From positions 63,831 to 127,830 of the IMG/VR virus record IMGVR_UViG_3300020599_000004: 64,000 nt of DNA. The stretch is one strand, 5' to 3'. Below are positions 45,960 to 55,447 of the stretch, one piece after another. Both the position numbers and the translations under genes were made by a program. The notes beneath the pieces are model-generated. The model saw only the letters and a program-made list of their open reading frames with translations. It did no database searches and was not told where the DNA came from. Position 1 is the first letter of the stretch; each line of letters opens with the position of its first letter. This stretch comes from a virus.

Positions 45960-47219
45960 TTACTTGGCGTAGTGGTTTCGGGTAAACGTTCTGAGAACGA
46001 TGTAGAGGAGGATGCCTGTGCGCACAGCTGCAATCACCGACCCGTTGCGCGAGCTGATCCCGTCGGCGGCGATGCCTTCAGCCAGACTGCGCATCTCCAG
46101 TAGCGTGGGATCGGAGCCACGGGAAGCCATGTAGAGTGACCGCATCCTGGCCACTAAGCCTCCAATGTCTGACGTATTGGTGGTCCGGTTGGTGGTCAGC
46201 TCAGCAAAGGCGTGGGTCAGGGTCTCATCGATCAGCTTGTCGATCCTGGGGTCAGCCAGCCGATGCGTCTGAGACACCTTGGTGCCTGAGGGCAGCTTAC
46301 CGCTGTTTTGTGCCATGTAAGTCAGGGCTTCGACCAGATGCCGGCGTGGCATGGCGTTCATGGCGGAGGCCACGATATCCACCAGCTCGTCACGGATAAA
46401 GGTTTCCTTATCCGTGATCACCTCATGCAGGTAACGGCGGTAGATGATAAAATTGCGTTGCTTGTCCCTGACCTTGGTCACCCCATCTAGCGTGACCGTC
46501 GCCGACGTCGAGCGAATCAGCCCTTTAGGGTCTTTGGACACCGTCTCGAACACATCCCTGATGTTCTTGAGGATATCCTTAATTCGGCCCTGGATGTCGT
46601 TAACCATGTACACCACAGCCAAGTCATCGTTGAAGTTGGTGTAGGTCCGATAGTGGATGGTACCCTTAGCCAGGATGTCGTGGGTACGCGCCAGCAACAG
46701 CGCTCGCCAGGAACCGTGGACTTTAAGGCCGAACTTCTTCGACAGCGCTGCGTAGGTGGCAGTTGCCACGGCTTCATCGGCCGGGTAACGGAACCAATGC
46801 GCCAGGATCGACGTGATGAACTTGTACTGAAGCACTAAGATAGCATCCACCATCGCATCTTCTTTTTCTTTCTGCGACAGATGAGGGCTGGTGTAGATAC
46901 GGTGCGTCAGCCACAGGCAGGACAGGTTCATCACATCCGAGGAAACCTGTCGGGAGGGGACGATGGCCGGGAGCTTGTGCAGTTCCTCTTCGATGGCCAG
47001 GTCATCGGCCTGAAGAATATCATCGAACCAACGGTTACGGTCTTCGGTACGAAAACGCACCGGGTGCACACCCATAAGCGTACCACCGAAGAAGGCAATA
47101 TGGTCATCGTTCTTGTTGGCAAACGCCTGGGCGTACTGGTGCAGCTTCTTGATGAATTCCCGATCGACCTTGAGATCAGGACAGCCTTCGTCAAAGACCT
47201 CTTTGATGTTCTTAGCCAT
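45960..47219 (-). CDS. conserved virion structural protein (phiKZ gp32-like)
   Basis: 419 aa; FFGGTLMGVHPVRF motif, which I recall from phiKZ-like virion proteins. Confidence 0.7.
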   Translation of the reverse strand: MAKNIKEVFDEGCPDLKVDREFIKKLHQYAQAFANKNDDHIAFFGGTLMGVHPVRFRTEDRNRWFDDILQADDLAIEEELHKLPAIVPSRQVSSDVMNLSCLWLTHRIYTSPHLSQKEKEDAMVDAILVLQYKFITSILAHWFRYPADEAVATATYAALSKKFGLKVHGSWRALLLARTHDILAKGTIHYRTYTNFNDDLAVVYMVNDIQGRIKDILKNIRDVFETVSKDPKGLIRSTSATVTLDGVTKVRDKQRNFIIYRRYLHEVITDKETFIRDELVDIVASAMNAMPRRHLVEALTYMAQNSGKLPSGTKVSQTHRLADPRIDKLIDETLTHAFAELTTNRTTNTSDIGGLVARMRSLYMASRGSDPTLLEMRSLAEGIAADGISSRNGSVIAAVRTGILLYIVLRTFTRNHYAK

Positions 47220-47282
47220 GGAAGTTCCAGTTTAGTTATAGGCCGAATACACAGAATTGGCCGTGGTTTGGAATCTTACTCC

Positions 47283-47305
47283 AAAAACATTGGGTCACAT
47301 ATTAC
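47283..47305 (+). promoter_or_regulatory. putative early promoter
   Basis: AAAAA-N10-CATATTAC. Confidence 0.7.
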
Positions 47306-47341
47306 GGCAGTGATCTATCCAACCCAAAAAGGAATCTCGCA

Positions 47342-48010
47342 ATGCAAACTCTTGCTGCTGGTCAACATTCCGCCGCCCTTTCCATTCTGGCTGCCTTGCC
47401 GGAGAACCTCGACGAACTGCTGGAGCGTCAAATGTCTGAAGAAGATCGTCGTACCACGGTCAGTGCCCACCGTGAGGAACGCCTGTTCATCAACGATGAA
47501 CCGCACAGCCCCAACGAGACCCGTAGTCTCAGCAGCAAGTCCCGTCGACCAGGTCTGCTGACCAGCCTCCTCTACGGTGAGGAAGTACCGATGATCTTCG
47601 ACATCAACGCCATCACCGATGCACAGAAGCAGACCGTCTTCCGCATCGACGACTGCCCCAACGAGATGCCCTGGGAACGCAGTGGCCTGCAACGGCTGTG
47701 CGATCACTTGCAGATCGTGCGCGAGTTGCTGCTGCAAGAACCGAAGCTGTTTGCCGACAAGGACGGTAAGGTCACCTCCAAGTCAGTGACCTCCTACGTC
47801 AAGCGCCACTGCGGTCAACTGCACCGCAACCTGATCGAGGCGCTCGGTGTGGTCGACTTCGACCTCTCCGGCAGCACCCCCAGACTGATCCCCGAGCAGA
47901 TCAAGTGGGATATCGGTGACCAACTCACCGCCTACGGTTTCCCTGTCGGCTATGACAAAGCCAACGACGTGCTGTCCGTCAATGTCGGTCAGTGGAGCAT
48001 CCTGCTGTGA
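47342..48010 (+). CDS. early hypothetical protein
   Basis: 222 aa with AAGGA RBS, downstream of the promoter. Confidence 0.75.
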   Translation: MQTLAAGQHSAALSILAALPENLDELLERQMSEEDRRTTVSAHREERLFINDEPHSPNETRSLSSKSRRPGLLTSLLYGEEVPMIFDINAITDAQKQTVFRIDDCPNEMPWERSGLQRLCDHLQIVRELLLQEPKLFADKDGKVTSKSVTSYVKRHCGQLHRNLIEALGVVDFDLSGSTPRLIPEQIKWDIGDQLTAYGFPVGYDKANDVLSVNVGQWSILL

Positions 48011-48123
48011 TTCGTACCAGAGTAGGGATACGCATTGGCCGTCTAGGCGTCTTCAGCGCCATCGCAGTCGGATTTCTGCTCAACGTGCTCTTCTGGGTGG
48101 CAGTGTGGTGGATGTCACCTTAA
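48007..48123 (+). CDS. 38-aa membrane peptide (not in ORF track)
   Basis: GTGA overlap with the upstream stop, GGAG RBS; basic N-terminus followed by LGVFSAIAVGFLLNVLFWVAVWWM. Confidence 0.55.
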   Translation: MIRTRVGIRIGRLGVFSAIAVGFLLNVLFWVAVWWMSP

Positions 48124-48129
48124 ACCCCT

Positions 48130-48600
48130 GCCCCAGCCACCTAAGCTCCTTGGTGGCTGGGGTTCTTAGAACATGGCTCATCACCCACCCATCCCGTTTT
48201 GGCATGGGGTGCCATGTTCTTCTTTTATTCCGAAAGTCCCTCACTCCAGTTGATTGAACACTTAGGAGATTCTCCATCGTCAGCAGGGCTTAATGGCCCT
48301 GCTGATTCCTTCTTCTTTTCTTTTTTACCTGGTTTGAAATTGTATGCGATTTTGCCCTTCGGAAGGGGGGTAAGATTATTTATCGACTGGAGTGTTAACG
48401 GAAGGAGATAAATAATCGGGGGGATGGCAAGGTAGATCTAGCTGCTTAGTCGTCTTCGAGTGGAATGTAGGTTAGCCCGTAGGGATGACCGGAATGGAAT
48501 GAGAAGGTAGACTAAGCACACATAGCTCTTTAGCTCTTATGGAGGGGGCAGAGCCCCCTCCTTTATATAGGGTGGTATCAAGAAGTACCATAGCCAATTT
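48130..48600. other. structured non-coding region
   Basis: At least six inverted repeats plus long-range complementarities, and no convincing ORF. Confidence 0.5.
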
Positions 48601-48699
48601 AATCTATAGGTAAAAAAATACATAGGTTAAAGTCAGGCGTGTAGCAGAAGGGGAAATAGCTATGCAGAAGCTTATCCCCCTTACCCTGAGGAAGTCACC

Positions 48700-49251
48700 A
48701 TGTCCATCAACCTGACCAGCTACCGTTGGTCTCCCAACGAACGTCCGGCGCTGGAGTCGGAAAAGAAAGACCTGAACACGCCCGTGCCTCAGGCCAGTGA
48801 TCCCACCTACGCGGATCAGCCTGTGGTGGCGGTGTACGTCCCTGAGCGTGACGGTGTGGCGAATCCTAAGACGGTCATGCATCTTAATGGTGCGATCGTC
48901 AATTACCGTCAATGGGACCAGAGCGCTGCCTTTGAGGGCAGTCAGCAGATGCTGGCCCATCAGCTGGGTAAGGTCGAGAAGCTGCTCGATCAACAGGAAG
49001 AAGAGAACAAGTCCGAGAAGATCTACGACGACTACAGCCTGTTCATCGTGGGCAAGGACACGGACCCTCAGCTGTACAAGACCCTCGGTGAAGTGCCGGA
49101 GCGTACGGCGGTGCTGCTGGAGCATCCGCTGCATGAGTACCCGGTGCAGGCCATCGATGCGATGGAGAGCCACTTTGGTCGTGAGCGCATGTACACATCG
49201 GTGGAGAGTGCGGTTAAGGGTATCCAGAGTGCGCTGGGACTGACAGCATAA
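48700..49251 (+). CDS. hypothetical protein
   Basis: 183 aa, GAGG RBS. Confidence 0.75.
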   Translation: MSINLTSYRWSPNERPALESEKKDLNTPVPQASDPTYADQPVVAVYVPERDGVANPKTVMHLNGAIVNYRQWDQSAAFEGSQQMLAHQLGKVEKLLDQQEEENKSEKIYDDYSLFIVGKDTDPQLYKTLGEVPERTAVLLEHPLHEYPVQAIDAMESHFGRERMYTSVESAVKGIQSALGLTA

Positions 49252-49284
49252 ACGGATGGGAGCCTGTGGGCTCCCCTCTATGCC
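49246..49284. terminator. GCATAA...TATGCC hairpin
   Basis: GGGAGCC-tgtg-GGCTCCC core with the family flanks. Confidence 0.65.
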
Positions 49285-49296
49285 GCATCGTATCCC

Positions 49297-49383
49297 AAAA
49301 ATATTTAGCGATACATTACTAACGTGGAACGGGCTCGTTCGAAAAGCCTGTGCTTTTTTCATTAAAATTGGGTAATACATTAT
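49297..49383 (+). promoter_or_regulatory. two tandem putative early promoters
   Basis: AAAAA-N10-TACATTAC (49297-49319) and AAAA-N8-TACATTAT (49364-49383). Confidence 0.65.
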
Positions 49384-49416
49384 CCACTTGATCGAGTGCA
49401 GTACAGGGGATGGACT

Positions 49417-49521
49417 ATGATCACTGTAAAGAAAGCCATCAAGTGGTATCTGGTCTTCTGCCTGATAGTGGTGGGGATTCCGATGGGCTTGGTGTTCCTA
49501 GCAATGTTCCTAAAGGGATAA
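49417..49521 (+). CDS. 34-aa membrane peptide (not in ORF track)
   Basis: MITVKKAIKWYLVFCLIVVGIPMGLVFLAMFLKG*; GGGGA/GGA upstream. Confidence 0.6.
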   Translation: MITVKKAIKWYLVFCLIVVGIPMGLVFLAMFLKG

Positions 49522-49525
49522 GGAA

Positions 49526-49720
49526 ATGCGTGAGAACTGGTTTGTGCTCCTGGTGTGCATCATCACTGTGATAGTGGCAGCGATGGTGGCCTTTAAACTG
49601 GGACAACTGGAAGTGCGTGGACAAATAGGCCATCTGCGGTATATCGCATACATGGTCTCCTGCATCCTGATCACAGCAGGTGCCACGCTGGTGTTTATCC
49701 TGCTGGTCACCAAGCAGTAG
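49526..49720 (+). CDS. 64-aa two-TM membrane protein
   Basis: Two hydrophobic helices; RBS overlaps the previous stop region. Confidence 0.65.
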   Translation: MRENWFVLLVCIITVIVAAMVAFKLGQLEVRGQIGHLRYIAYMVSCILITAGATLVFILLVTKQ

Positions 49721-49735
49721 CAGGAGACGACAAGC

Positions 49736-49773
49736 GGCATAGAGCGGGGACCTACCAGGGTCCCCAGCTCTCT
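49736..49773. terminator. GGCATA-family hairpin between convergent genes
   Basis: GGCATAGAGC-GGGGACC-tacca-GGGTCCCC-AGCTCT. Confidence 0.6.
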
Positions 49774-50606
49774 TAACGTCGCCCACCGACCGTGAAGCGT
49801 AGGATGCGTCTGTACTTCTCTGTGTCGTTACATACGCTGGACACTCGCCACTTGTCGTGGAGGAATTCCTTGTACATCTGGTTTGCATCCGCGTAACTGT
49901 CAACGATTTCCCGGAATCGACCGATCGAGATACCTGCCTTGATCTCACCTTCATCCAACTGAATGATCAATCGGTTGTAGATGTAGGCCTTAGCCGCCAG
50001 GATGGCCAGCTCTGCGAATTTACGATAGTAGGCAGGTTTGATGTTGTTGAAGTTAGGCTCATGGGTCAACATGCAGCGCAGGTACAAGATGCCAGGCAAT
50101 GCTTGGGCATCGTTGATCAGCACGGTGTTGTCACCCACCAGGGTCACATACGGCGAATGCACCGCCGGGATGGGAGCCTGGGACATGTAAATACCAGCAG
50201 CAGCTTCCAATAGAGGGGAGCCACCTTTCATCATCATGCGGTTAGAGCCGATCACGTTACCCTCACCGAAGGTAACGGAGTACACGGCGGTGATTTGACG
50301 TCCACCGGTCATCGACTGGGGGATGCGATAGATAATGTTCCATGGATCGATGATGTCCATGGGAATGCCGGTTAAGCGGATGGTGGTCTCCACACCCGAG
50401 CAGAGGTTGACATCGACCCCCACACGGGCCTCGAGTACCTCACGACGGATGATGGAATCCACGTTCAAGCCGAGTTGGTTGTCGCGATACCGCTCACGTC
50501 GAGCAGGGTCGTACTTCCTCGGCATGAACGCTTCCTGGATGATCTCACGTGGGATTTCCCACTTGATCTGGTCCTGGCAGTACGAGAAGAGGTCCATGCT
50601 GGTCAC
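49773..50606 (-). CDS. conserved virion structural protein
   Basis: About 275 aa (likely start MDLFSYC at 50597), located just upstream of and divergent from the PhuZ region. Confidence 0.7.
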   Translation of the reverse strand: MTSMDLFSYCQDQIKWEIPREIIQEAFMPRKYDPARRERYRDNQLGLNVDSIIRREVLEARVGVDVNLCSGVETTIRLTGIPMDIIDPWNIIYRIPQSMTGGRQITAVYSVTFGEGNVIGSNRMMMKGGSPLLEAAAGIYMSQAPIPAVHSPYVTLVGDNTVLINDAQALPGILYLRCMLTHEPNFNNIKPAYYRKFAELAILAAKAYIYNRLIIQLDEGEIKAGISIGRFREIVDSYADANQMYKEFLHDKWRVSSVCNDTEKYRRILRFTVGGRR

Positions 50607-50660
50607 CTGTAAATGAAAGCGTTACATACCAACCCACGTTAATAAAGTAAGGAGTTACTT

Positions 50661-51131
50661 GTGAACCTCAACCACTACATCAACGAGATGTACGAAAAGG
50701 CTACGCAGCTGAACAACCGTTATAAGGCCGATGCTGGTCACCTGCCGAAACACGACCACCTGCACCTGCACTACGCCGTGGAAGCGGTTTCTCATGCGGC
50801 ACTGTCGGCCTGCTTCCAGTTGCTGCTCGACGCCTTGGTCCAGGCGGAAAAGTTGGGTATGCCGGTGGACCTCACCTACGAGGTCGAAGAAGATAACCCG
50901 ATGGCTGCACGCATCACCGTACCCTGTAATGAAGCGTTCTGGGGCACCCCGGATATTTGCATCATCCGTACCCCTGAAAAGGATATGGATGAGGACAGCA
51001 TCAGCGACGAGCCGTGGTTTGGCGTCACTCGTCACACGGCGGACGAATGGACCACGTACGACCTGCTCGCAGCGCTCTATCCGTACTACCTCAGTCATGT
51101 TCAGAAGGACATCATCGTCCCGGCATCCTGA
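50661..51131 (+). CDS. hypothetical protein
   Basis: 156 aa, AAGGAG RBS, GTG start. Confidence 0.7.
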   Translation: MNLNHYINEMYEKATQLNNRYKADAGHLPKHDHLHLHYAVEAVSHAALSACFQLLLDALVQAEKLGMPVDLTYEVEEDNPMAARITVPCNEAFWGTPDICIIRTPEKDMDEDSISDEPWFGVTRHTADEWTTYDLLAALYPYYLSHVQKDIIVPAS

Positions 51132-51203
51132 GCCTCCAGTATTTTCGTACACCTTCCACTAAACCCTATGTAGTAATACGCTTTTCAACCACGAGGTAAT
51201 ACC

Positions 51204-52196
51204 ATGTCTCAAGCACAACAGAACCTGGTCGGCGAGATGATGATCTACGGCGCCGGTGGTGGTGGCATCAACATCGCCTCCATGTGCCAGGAATATACCG
51301 CTTCCGCCCCGGGTACCTCGGAGGTGCGTCTGGCCTACATCGACACCAGTCGCTCCAACATCCCCGATGGCGCTCGTCCCGAGCAGTGCTACCTGCTGGA
51401 AAACCTCGATGGTTCCGGTAAGGTACGTAAGGAAAACCACGAGAAGATCGCCGACGAGATCAACCGCATCCTGCTCGAGTTCAAGCCGGGCGACATCAAC
51501 ATCGTGGCCTTCACCGCCTCCGGTGGCACCGGCTCGGTCGCAGGACCGCTGCTGGTAGCTGAACTGCTCAAGCGTGGCAAGCTGGTGGTCACTGTGGTGG
51601 TGGGTTCCGATGAATCGGCCATCACTGCCGACAACACCTTCAAGACCCTGAAGTCGCTCGACCACATCGCGCGTTCCCAGGAAAAGCCGGTGGTCATGTT
51701 CTACAACAAGAACAGCCGCAACATGTCCCGTGTGGAAGTGGACAAGCGTTCCCGGTTCACCATCTGCGCCCTGTCCTTCCTGGCTTCGCGTCAGAACAAG
51801 GAACTGGACTCGATGGATGTGTTCAACTTCCTGAACTACAACCGCGTCCCTGGCTCGGATCTGCAACCGCAGCTGACCCTGCTCAATGTGTTCGACAGCG
51901 CAGCCGAAGTCGATCGCATCGGTGCCGACACCTTCTCCATGGCCATGCTGCTCAAGGGTCATGAAGAAGAGCAGCCGGAGATCGTCCCGGTGTACAGCGC
52001 TGCGGGCTACTACCGCGAGAACACCGAAGCACCGTGCAACCTGTTCTTCTGCCTGGAGACCAAGGGCCTGAACCCCATCCTCTCCGAGCTCCAGAAGACT
52101 GCCGCGACCATCGTCGAGCACAAGCAAGCCCGCGCATCCGGTCCGTCCTTCGTCAGCGACAGCGATCATGTCAGCAGCACGGGTCTGATCCTGTAA
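51204..52196 (+). CDS. phuZ: PhuZ/TubZ phage tubulin
   Basis: YGAGGGGINI, tubulin signature TASGGTGSVAGP, ENLDGSGK, and an acidic C-terminal tail. Confidence 0.95.
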   Translation: MSQAQQNLVGEMMIYGAGGGGINIASMCQEYTASAPGTSEVRLAYIDTSRSNIPDGARPEQCYLLENLDGSGKVRKENHEKIADEINRILLEFKPGDINIVAFTASGGTGSVAGPLLVAELLKRGKLVVTVVVGSDESAITADNTFKTLKSLDHIARSQEKPVVMFYNKNSRNMSRVEVDKRSRFTICALSFLASRQNKELDSMDVFNFLNYNRVPGSDLQPQLTLLNVFDSAAEVDRIGADTFSMAMLLKGHEEEQPEIVPVYSAAGYYRENTEAPCNLFFCLETKGLNPILSELQKTAATIVEHKQARASGPSFVSDSDHVSSTGLIL

Positions 52197-52211
52197 GGCC
52201 ATATCGGCTGG

Positions 52212-52248
52212 GCGGGGGACTTCGGTCCCCTGCTTATGCCTTTTCTTC
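52212..52248 (+). terminator. terminator with TTATGCC
   Basis: GCGGGGGAC-ttcg-GTCCCCTGC-TTATGCC-TTTTCTT. Confidence 0.8.
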
Positions 52249-52262
52249 TGCAAGGAGTGAAG

Positions 52263-52652
52263 ATGAAGCGGAAGACGTACGACACCAGTGGGTTCGATAA
52301 CAGAACAGTGGGTGAGGCACTGGCCATGGCACGCGGAGCGCACTCCCGTTCCCGCAGCTACAGCCACCTGTTGACGGCTGAACAGTTGGCAGCGGCCATC
52401 TGGAAGATGGAACAGATCAAAGTCAGGATCGAGGCGAAAAACGACTACCCCTGGTTCAAGAAATGGCCTTATAAGCGCAAGGTGGCCAACAACACGTCGC
52501 TGCGCACGTTCTTCAATCGCATTGAGAAACACCTGGAGGGCACGTACGCTACTGCCGTGGTCACAAGCCTCGATGGTCGTACTATCGTCCACGAAAACAC
52601 GGTGGTCGGTGATCTAAGAACAAGTTACGGATTCCAGCCTGGAGAGTTCTAG
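52263..52652 (+). CDS. hypothetical protein
   Basis: AAGGAG RBS before ATG 52263. Confidence 0.7.
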   Translation: MKRKTYDTSGFDNRTVGEALAMARGAHSRSRSYSHLLTAEQLAAAIWKMEQIKVRIEAKNDYPWFKKWPYKRKVANNTSLRTFFNRIEKHLEGTYATAVVTSLDGRTIVHENTVVGDLRTSYGFQPGEF

Positions 52653-52795
52653 GCTGGCTTTTATGCCCCATTTTCACGAGGCACCCAACATGAAGTTTTA
52701 CATCAGTCACAGCTCATGAAAGAGTGGGCCGAAGTCATCGCCGACACTGCTGAATTTAACCCGGACGACTTCTGATGCCCGGAGGGTGATAAAGA

Positions 52796-53053
52796 ATGAA
52801 AAAGAAAAGCGCTACTTCGGGGGTCCGTCGCCCACTCAGTCCTTCCGTGGTTATCGACAGCCGCTTTGCTTGGACGCCTTCAGAAGAAGACACGGCCGCA
52901 TGGAAAGTTAAGTCTGATGCCATGACTCCCGAACAGCGCAAGGAATACGTCATGGATGACTCGGTTACCAAAATGTACCCGGATAAAATCGATGTATCGG
53001 GAATTGAGTTAGTAGATAAGGAAGACCAAGGTGGCAAAGCACCCGAGCAGTAA
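52796..53053 (+). CDS. hypothetical protein
   Basis: 85 aa, GGAGGG upstream. Confidence 0.6.
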   Translation: MKKKSATSGVRRPLSPSVVIDSRFAWTPSEEDTAAWKVKSDAMTPEQRKEYVMDDSVTKMYPDKIDVSGIELVDKEDQGGKAPEQ

Positions 53054-53231
53054 GCTCCAACAGTTCCTCAAGGATCACGTGGCCGAGGAAATCCTCGGTC
53101 CCCTAACCCGTAGCACATTAGCCGCCATCGCTACCCGCATTGAAGCTGAAGGGGGCTCCCTAAACTATGACGTCACTGAACGTGGTAACGTAGAAGTGGC
53201 ACTTTCCTGGCCAAAGAAAGAAGAGAAGTAG
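53031..53231 (+). CDS. hypothetical protein
   Basis: 66 aa, AAGGAAG upstream, coupled to its neighbours. Confidence 0.6.
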   Translation: MAKHPSSKLQQFLKDHVAEEILGPLTRSTLAAIATRIEAEGGSLNYDVTERGNVEVALSWPKKEEK

Positions 53232-53233
53232 CC

Positions 53234-53446
53234 ATGACCAACGGTAACTTTGTCTGCACCCAGTGCGGATCGATTGACAGCATCTTCATCTCCCCTCCGG
53301 CACCGGGTGCTCCTTTTCTCTGTGCTAAGTGTCTGACCGGTGAATGGCATGGGCAGTTCCCCCAAGAGAAGGCGACCGGCGAATTCGAACACGATGGTCC
53401 GCTCATCAATGACGTGACCGCAGGCGATAAACCGTCCTTCAGCTGA
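53234..53446 (+). CDS. small C4 zinc-finger protein
   Basis: CTQC...CAKC in 70 aa. Confidence 0.7.
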   Translation: MTNGNFVCTQCGSIDSIFISPPAPGAPFLCAKCLTGEWHGQFPQEKATGEFEHDGPLINDVTAGDKPSFS

Positions 53447-53447
53447 C

Positions 53448-53497
53448 GGCATAAAGTGAGGAGGGCTACGGCCCTCCCGCTATGCCCTTTCTTTTTT
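53448..53497 (+). terminator. GGCATAA...TATGCC hairpin with T-run
   Basis: GGAGGGC-tacg-GCCCTCC core. Confidence 0.8.
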
Positions 53498-53671
53498 GCC
53501 CATACCTTAAAATCATCTGGGAGGGCCGTAGACGAGGCTTTCGTCACCTACCCTAGAACTGCCATGGCTCAGGTACCGTTTGTTTATCCTGAGCGATTTT
53601 AGACGCCTTGCAGGGCCATTCCTGTCGTACTTATTAACCGTATTGACCAATTATGTAGATGGCCGAAGGGT

Positions 53672-53694
53672 AAAAATCTGAAATCCTACATTAT
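53672..53694 (+). promoter_or_regulatory. putative early promoter of the paralog array
   Basis: AAAAA-N10-TACATTAT. Confidence 0.7.
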
Positions 53695-53722
53695 AGACGT
53701 GATAGGAAATGAGGGTTGATTC

Positions 53723-54124
53723 ATGACCAGGAACCATCTAAAACTCGTCCACAGTCGACCGGTTTATCGGTGTCAGGTGGCCTACGTGTTCGACATCTAT
53801 GACCTCAAGCAAGCGGCTCAGTTCATAGACGAGCGTCGCGCTGGCTATGAAGATATCGAGAGCATAGAACCCGGTCAGGCTGTCTTGACTGAGACCTGGC
53901 AGCGTTACCTGGAAGAGACGCTGTGGGACTACGGCCTCAACGTCGTGAGAACGGCGCGCTTTCATGACCAGACGTACCCTTACGTACGGTACCTGAAGTG
54001 GAAGCTGGATCATACACCGCTGATCAGGGGATTGATTCCCTGGCGCGAACTCAATGCAACTCATGGCCCAGATCAGTGCTATGTCTACATCCGTGGGGAC
54101 ACACTGCTGCTGGCTTATTACTAA
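53723..54124 (+). CDS. array member 1, hypothetical
   Basis: 133 aa, GAGGG RBS. Confidence 0.75.
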   Translation: MTRNHLKLVHSRPVYRCQVAYVFDIYDLKQAAQFIDERRAGYEDIESIEPGQAVLTETWQRYLEETLWDYGLNVVRTARFHDQTYPYVRYLKWKLDHTPLIRGLIPWRELNATHGPDQCYVYIRGDTLLLAYY

Positions 54125-54134
54125 AGGGGTTACC

Positions 54135-54587
54135 GTGTCTTCTCAGAATTCTGTCAACGCCATGTCCATCGCTGAGCTGATCGACACAGTGATGCTGATC
54201 ATGGAAAAGGCCGATGACATCCCTGAGCGCTTAAAACGCGAGCGCGTGGTCAGTGACGGGATTTTCAGTTGGCTGGATTGCTACATCCAAGGGCGGATGC
54301 GCTGGGCCGATAAGCCTGTGTCCCAAGTCCATTATTGGCTTAAGGGTATTGGTCTGAACCCAGAGGACGTTCCGAAGGGCACGACGCATGACCGCATCGT
54401 CCAGGTCATGGACGTGTGGATGAATGAGAACCTGACGGACCTGCTGCCCTACCACATGACATGGCGCATTTTGTCGATTACCAAGGTCAGTCCCATTAAC
54501 TTCTACCTGACGATCGGCCAGGATTACCGCATCTTCGACTGGATGCGTACCCATGGCATCGACGCCACTGGAATACCCGATGAATAA
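54135..54587 (+). CDS. array member 2, hypothetical
   Basis: About 150 aa; GTG 54135 follows AAGGGG (alternative ATG 54162). Confidence 0.7.
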   Translation: MSSQNSVNAMSIAELIDTVMLIMEKADDIPERLKRERVVSDGIFSWLDCYIQGRMRWADKPVSQVHYWLKGIGLNPEDVPKGTTHDRIVQVMDVWMNENLTDLLPYHMTWRILSITKVSPINFYLTIGQDYRIFDWMRTHGIDATGIPDE

Positions 54588-55068
54588 TCGCCTGCAACTT
54601 TCCGTACGGGATACCTTGCTCTACGATGTGGGTGACGTGTACACCCTCATCAAGACCGGTGTGACGGAAGAGCTGGGTTGTTGTTTTGATTACGTCATCC
54701 ATCAGTCGACGGAGATGGCATTAGATGCCATCTTCTACTCGACCGTGGCATCGGGTGAGCGGCAAATTGAGCGTTACCTCATCCAACGCGACATGCCTGA
54801 GCTGCAAGCTATCCGGCTATCGCGCGCCATCTTCCGCTTGTTGTTTGCAATCTTAGGAGTGAGGAGTCAGCTCGAACTGGGCACTGACCCTTACGTGTAC
54901 CATCTCCAGAAAGAGACAGGCATGATGCTCCTAAGGCGTGATAAGGACGCTCCGCTGGTCAGCACCGACATCGAGTCGATGATTGCGGAGATACAATACA
55001 CCCTGGACAATGGTGGTTATGTACCGGAGAAGTTCAGGAGACTCATTGATGAACACTTGCGACACTAA
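54580..55068 (+). CDS. array member 3, hypothetical
   Basis: 162 aa, overlapping the previous stop. Confidence 0.7.
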   Translation: MNNRLQLSVRDTLLYDVGDVYTLIKTGVTEELGCCFDYVIHQSTEMALDAIFYSTVASGERQIERYLIQRDMPELQAIRLSRAIFRLLFAILGVRSQLELGTDPYVYHLQKETGMMLLRRDKDAPLVSTDIESMIAEIQYTLDNGGYVPEKFRRLIDEHLRH

Positions 55069-55447
55069 TCGCCCCTCGTATTTCATCGTGGACTGGCCCT
55101 CGCAAGGACGCGAGGTCTACGACGTCTATCTCTCAGCCCTCCATCGGGCGGGCTTTGGGATCGACATCGAAGAGATGATGGATTGGGGCTGCATGGCGAT
55201 CCAGCAAATCGGTGGTCATAGCCCGATGTTAGAGAAAGTTGCTCATCGGATCTATTTCTCTGCGGAGGACTTGTTGCCCCGTGGACACGATCAGAAGGTT
55301 GTCATGGACTTGATCGTAGAGGTATTGGAAGTGCTGTACGGATCAATGTACGAAGAATACGGCGATCTATTCCAGGGTTACCGCCGCCGTGTCTGGGTTA
55401 AGGAAGTCTCAGACACAGGTATCCTCATGGAGGTCGATAATGGGTGA
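55049..55447 (+). CDS. array member 4, hypothetical
   Basis: 132 aa, AGGAG RBS. Confidence 0.7.
   Translation: MNTCDTNRPSYFIVDWPSQGREVYDVYLSALHRAGFGIDIEEMMDWGCMAIQQIGGHSPMLEKVAHRIYFSAEDLLPRGHDQKVVMDLIVEVLEVLYGSMYEEYGDLFQGYRRRVWVKEVSDTGILMEVDNG

Noticed and set aside
52690-52775. Possible micro-ORFs after 52652
   Set aside because: Two overlapping frames of about 20 codons, neither with convincing RBS-plus-composition support.
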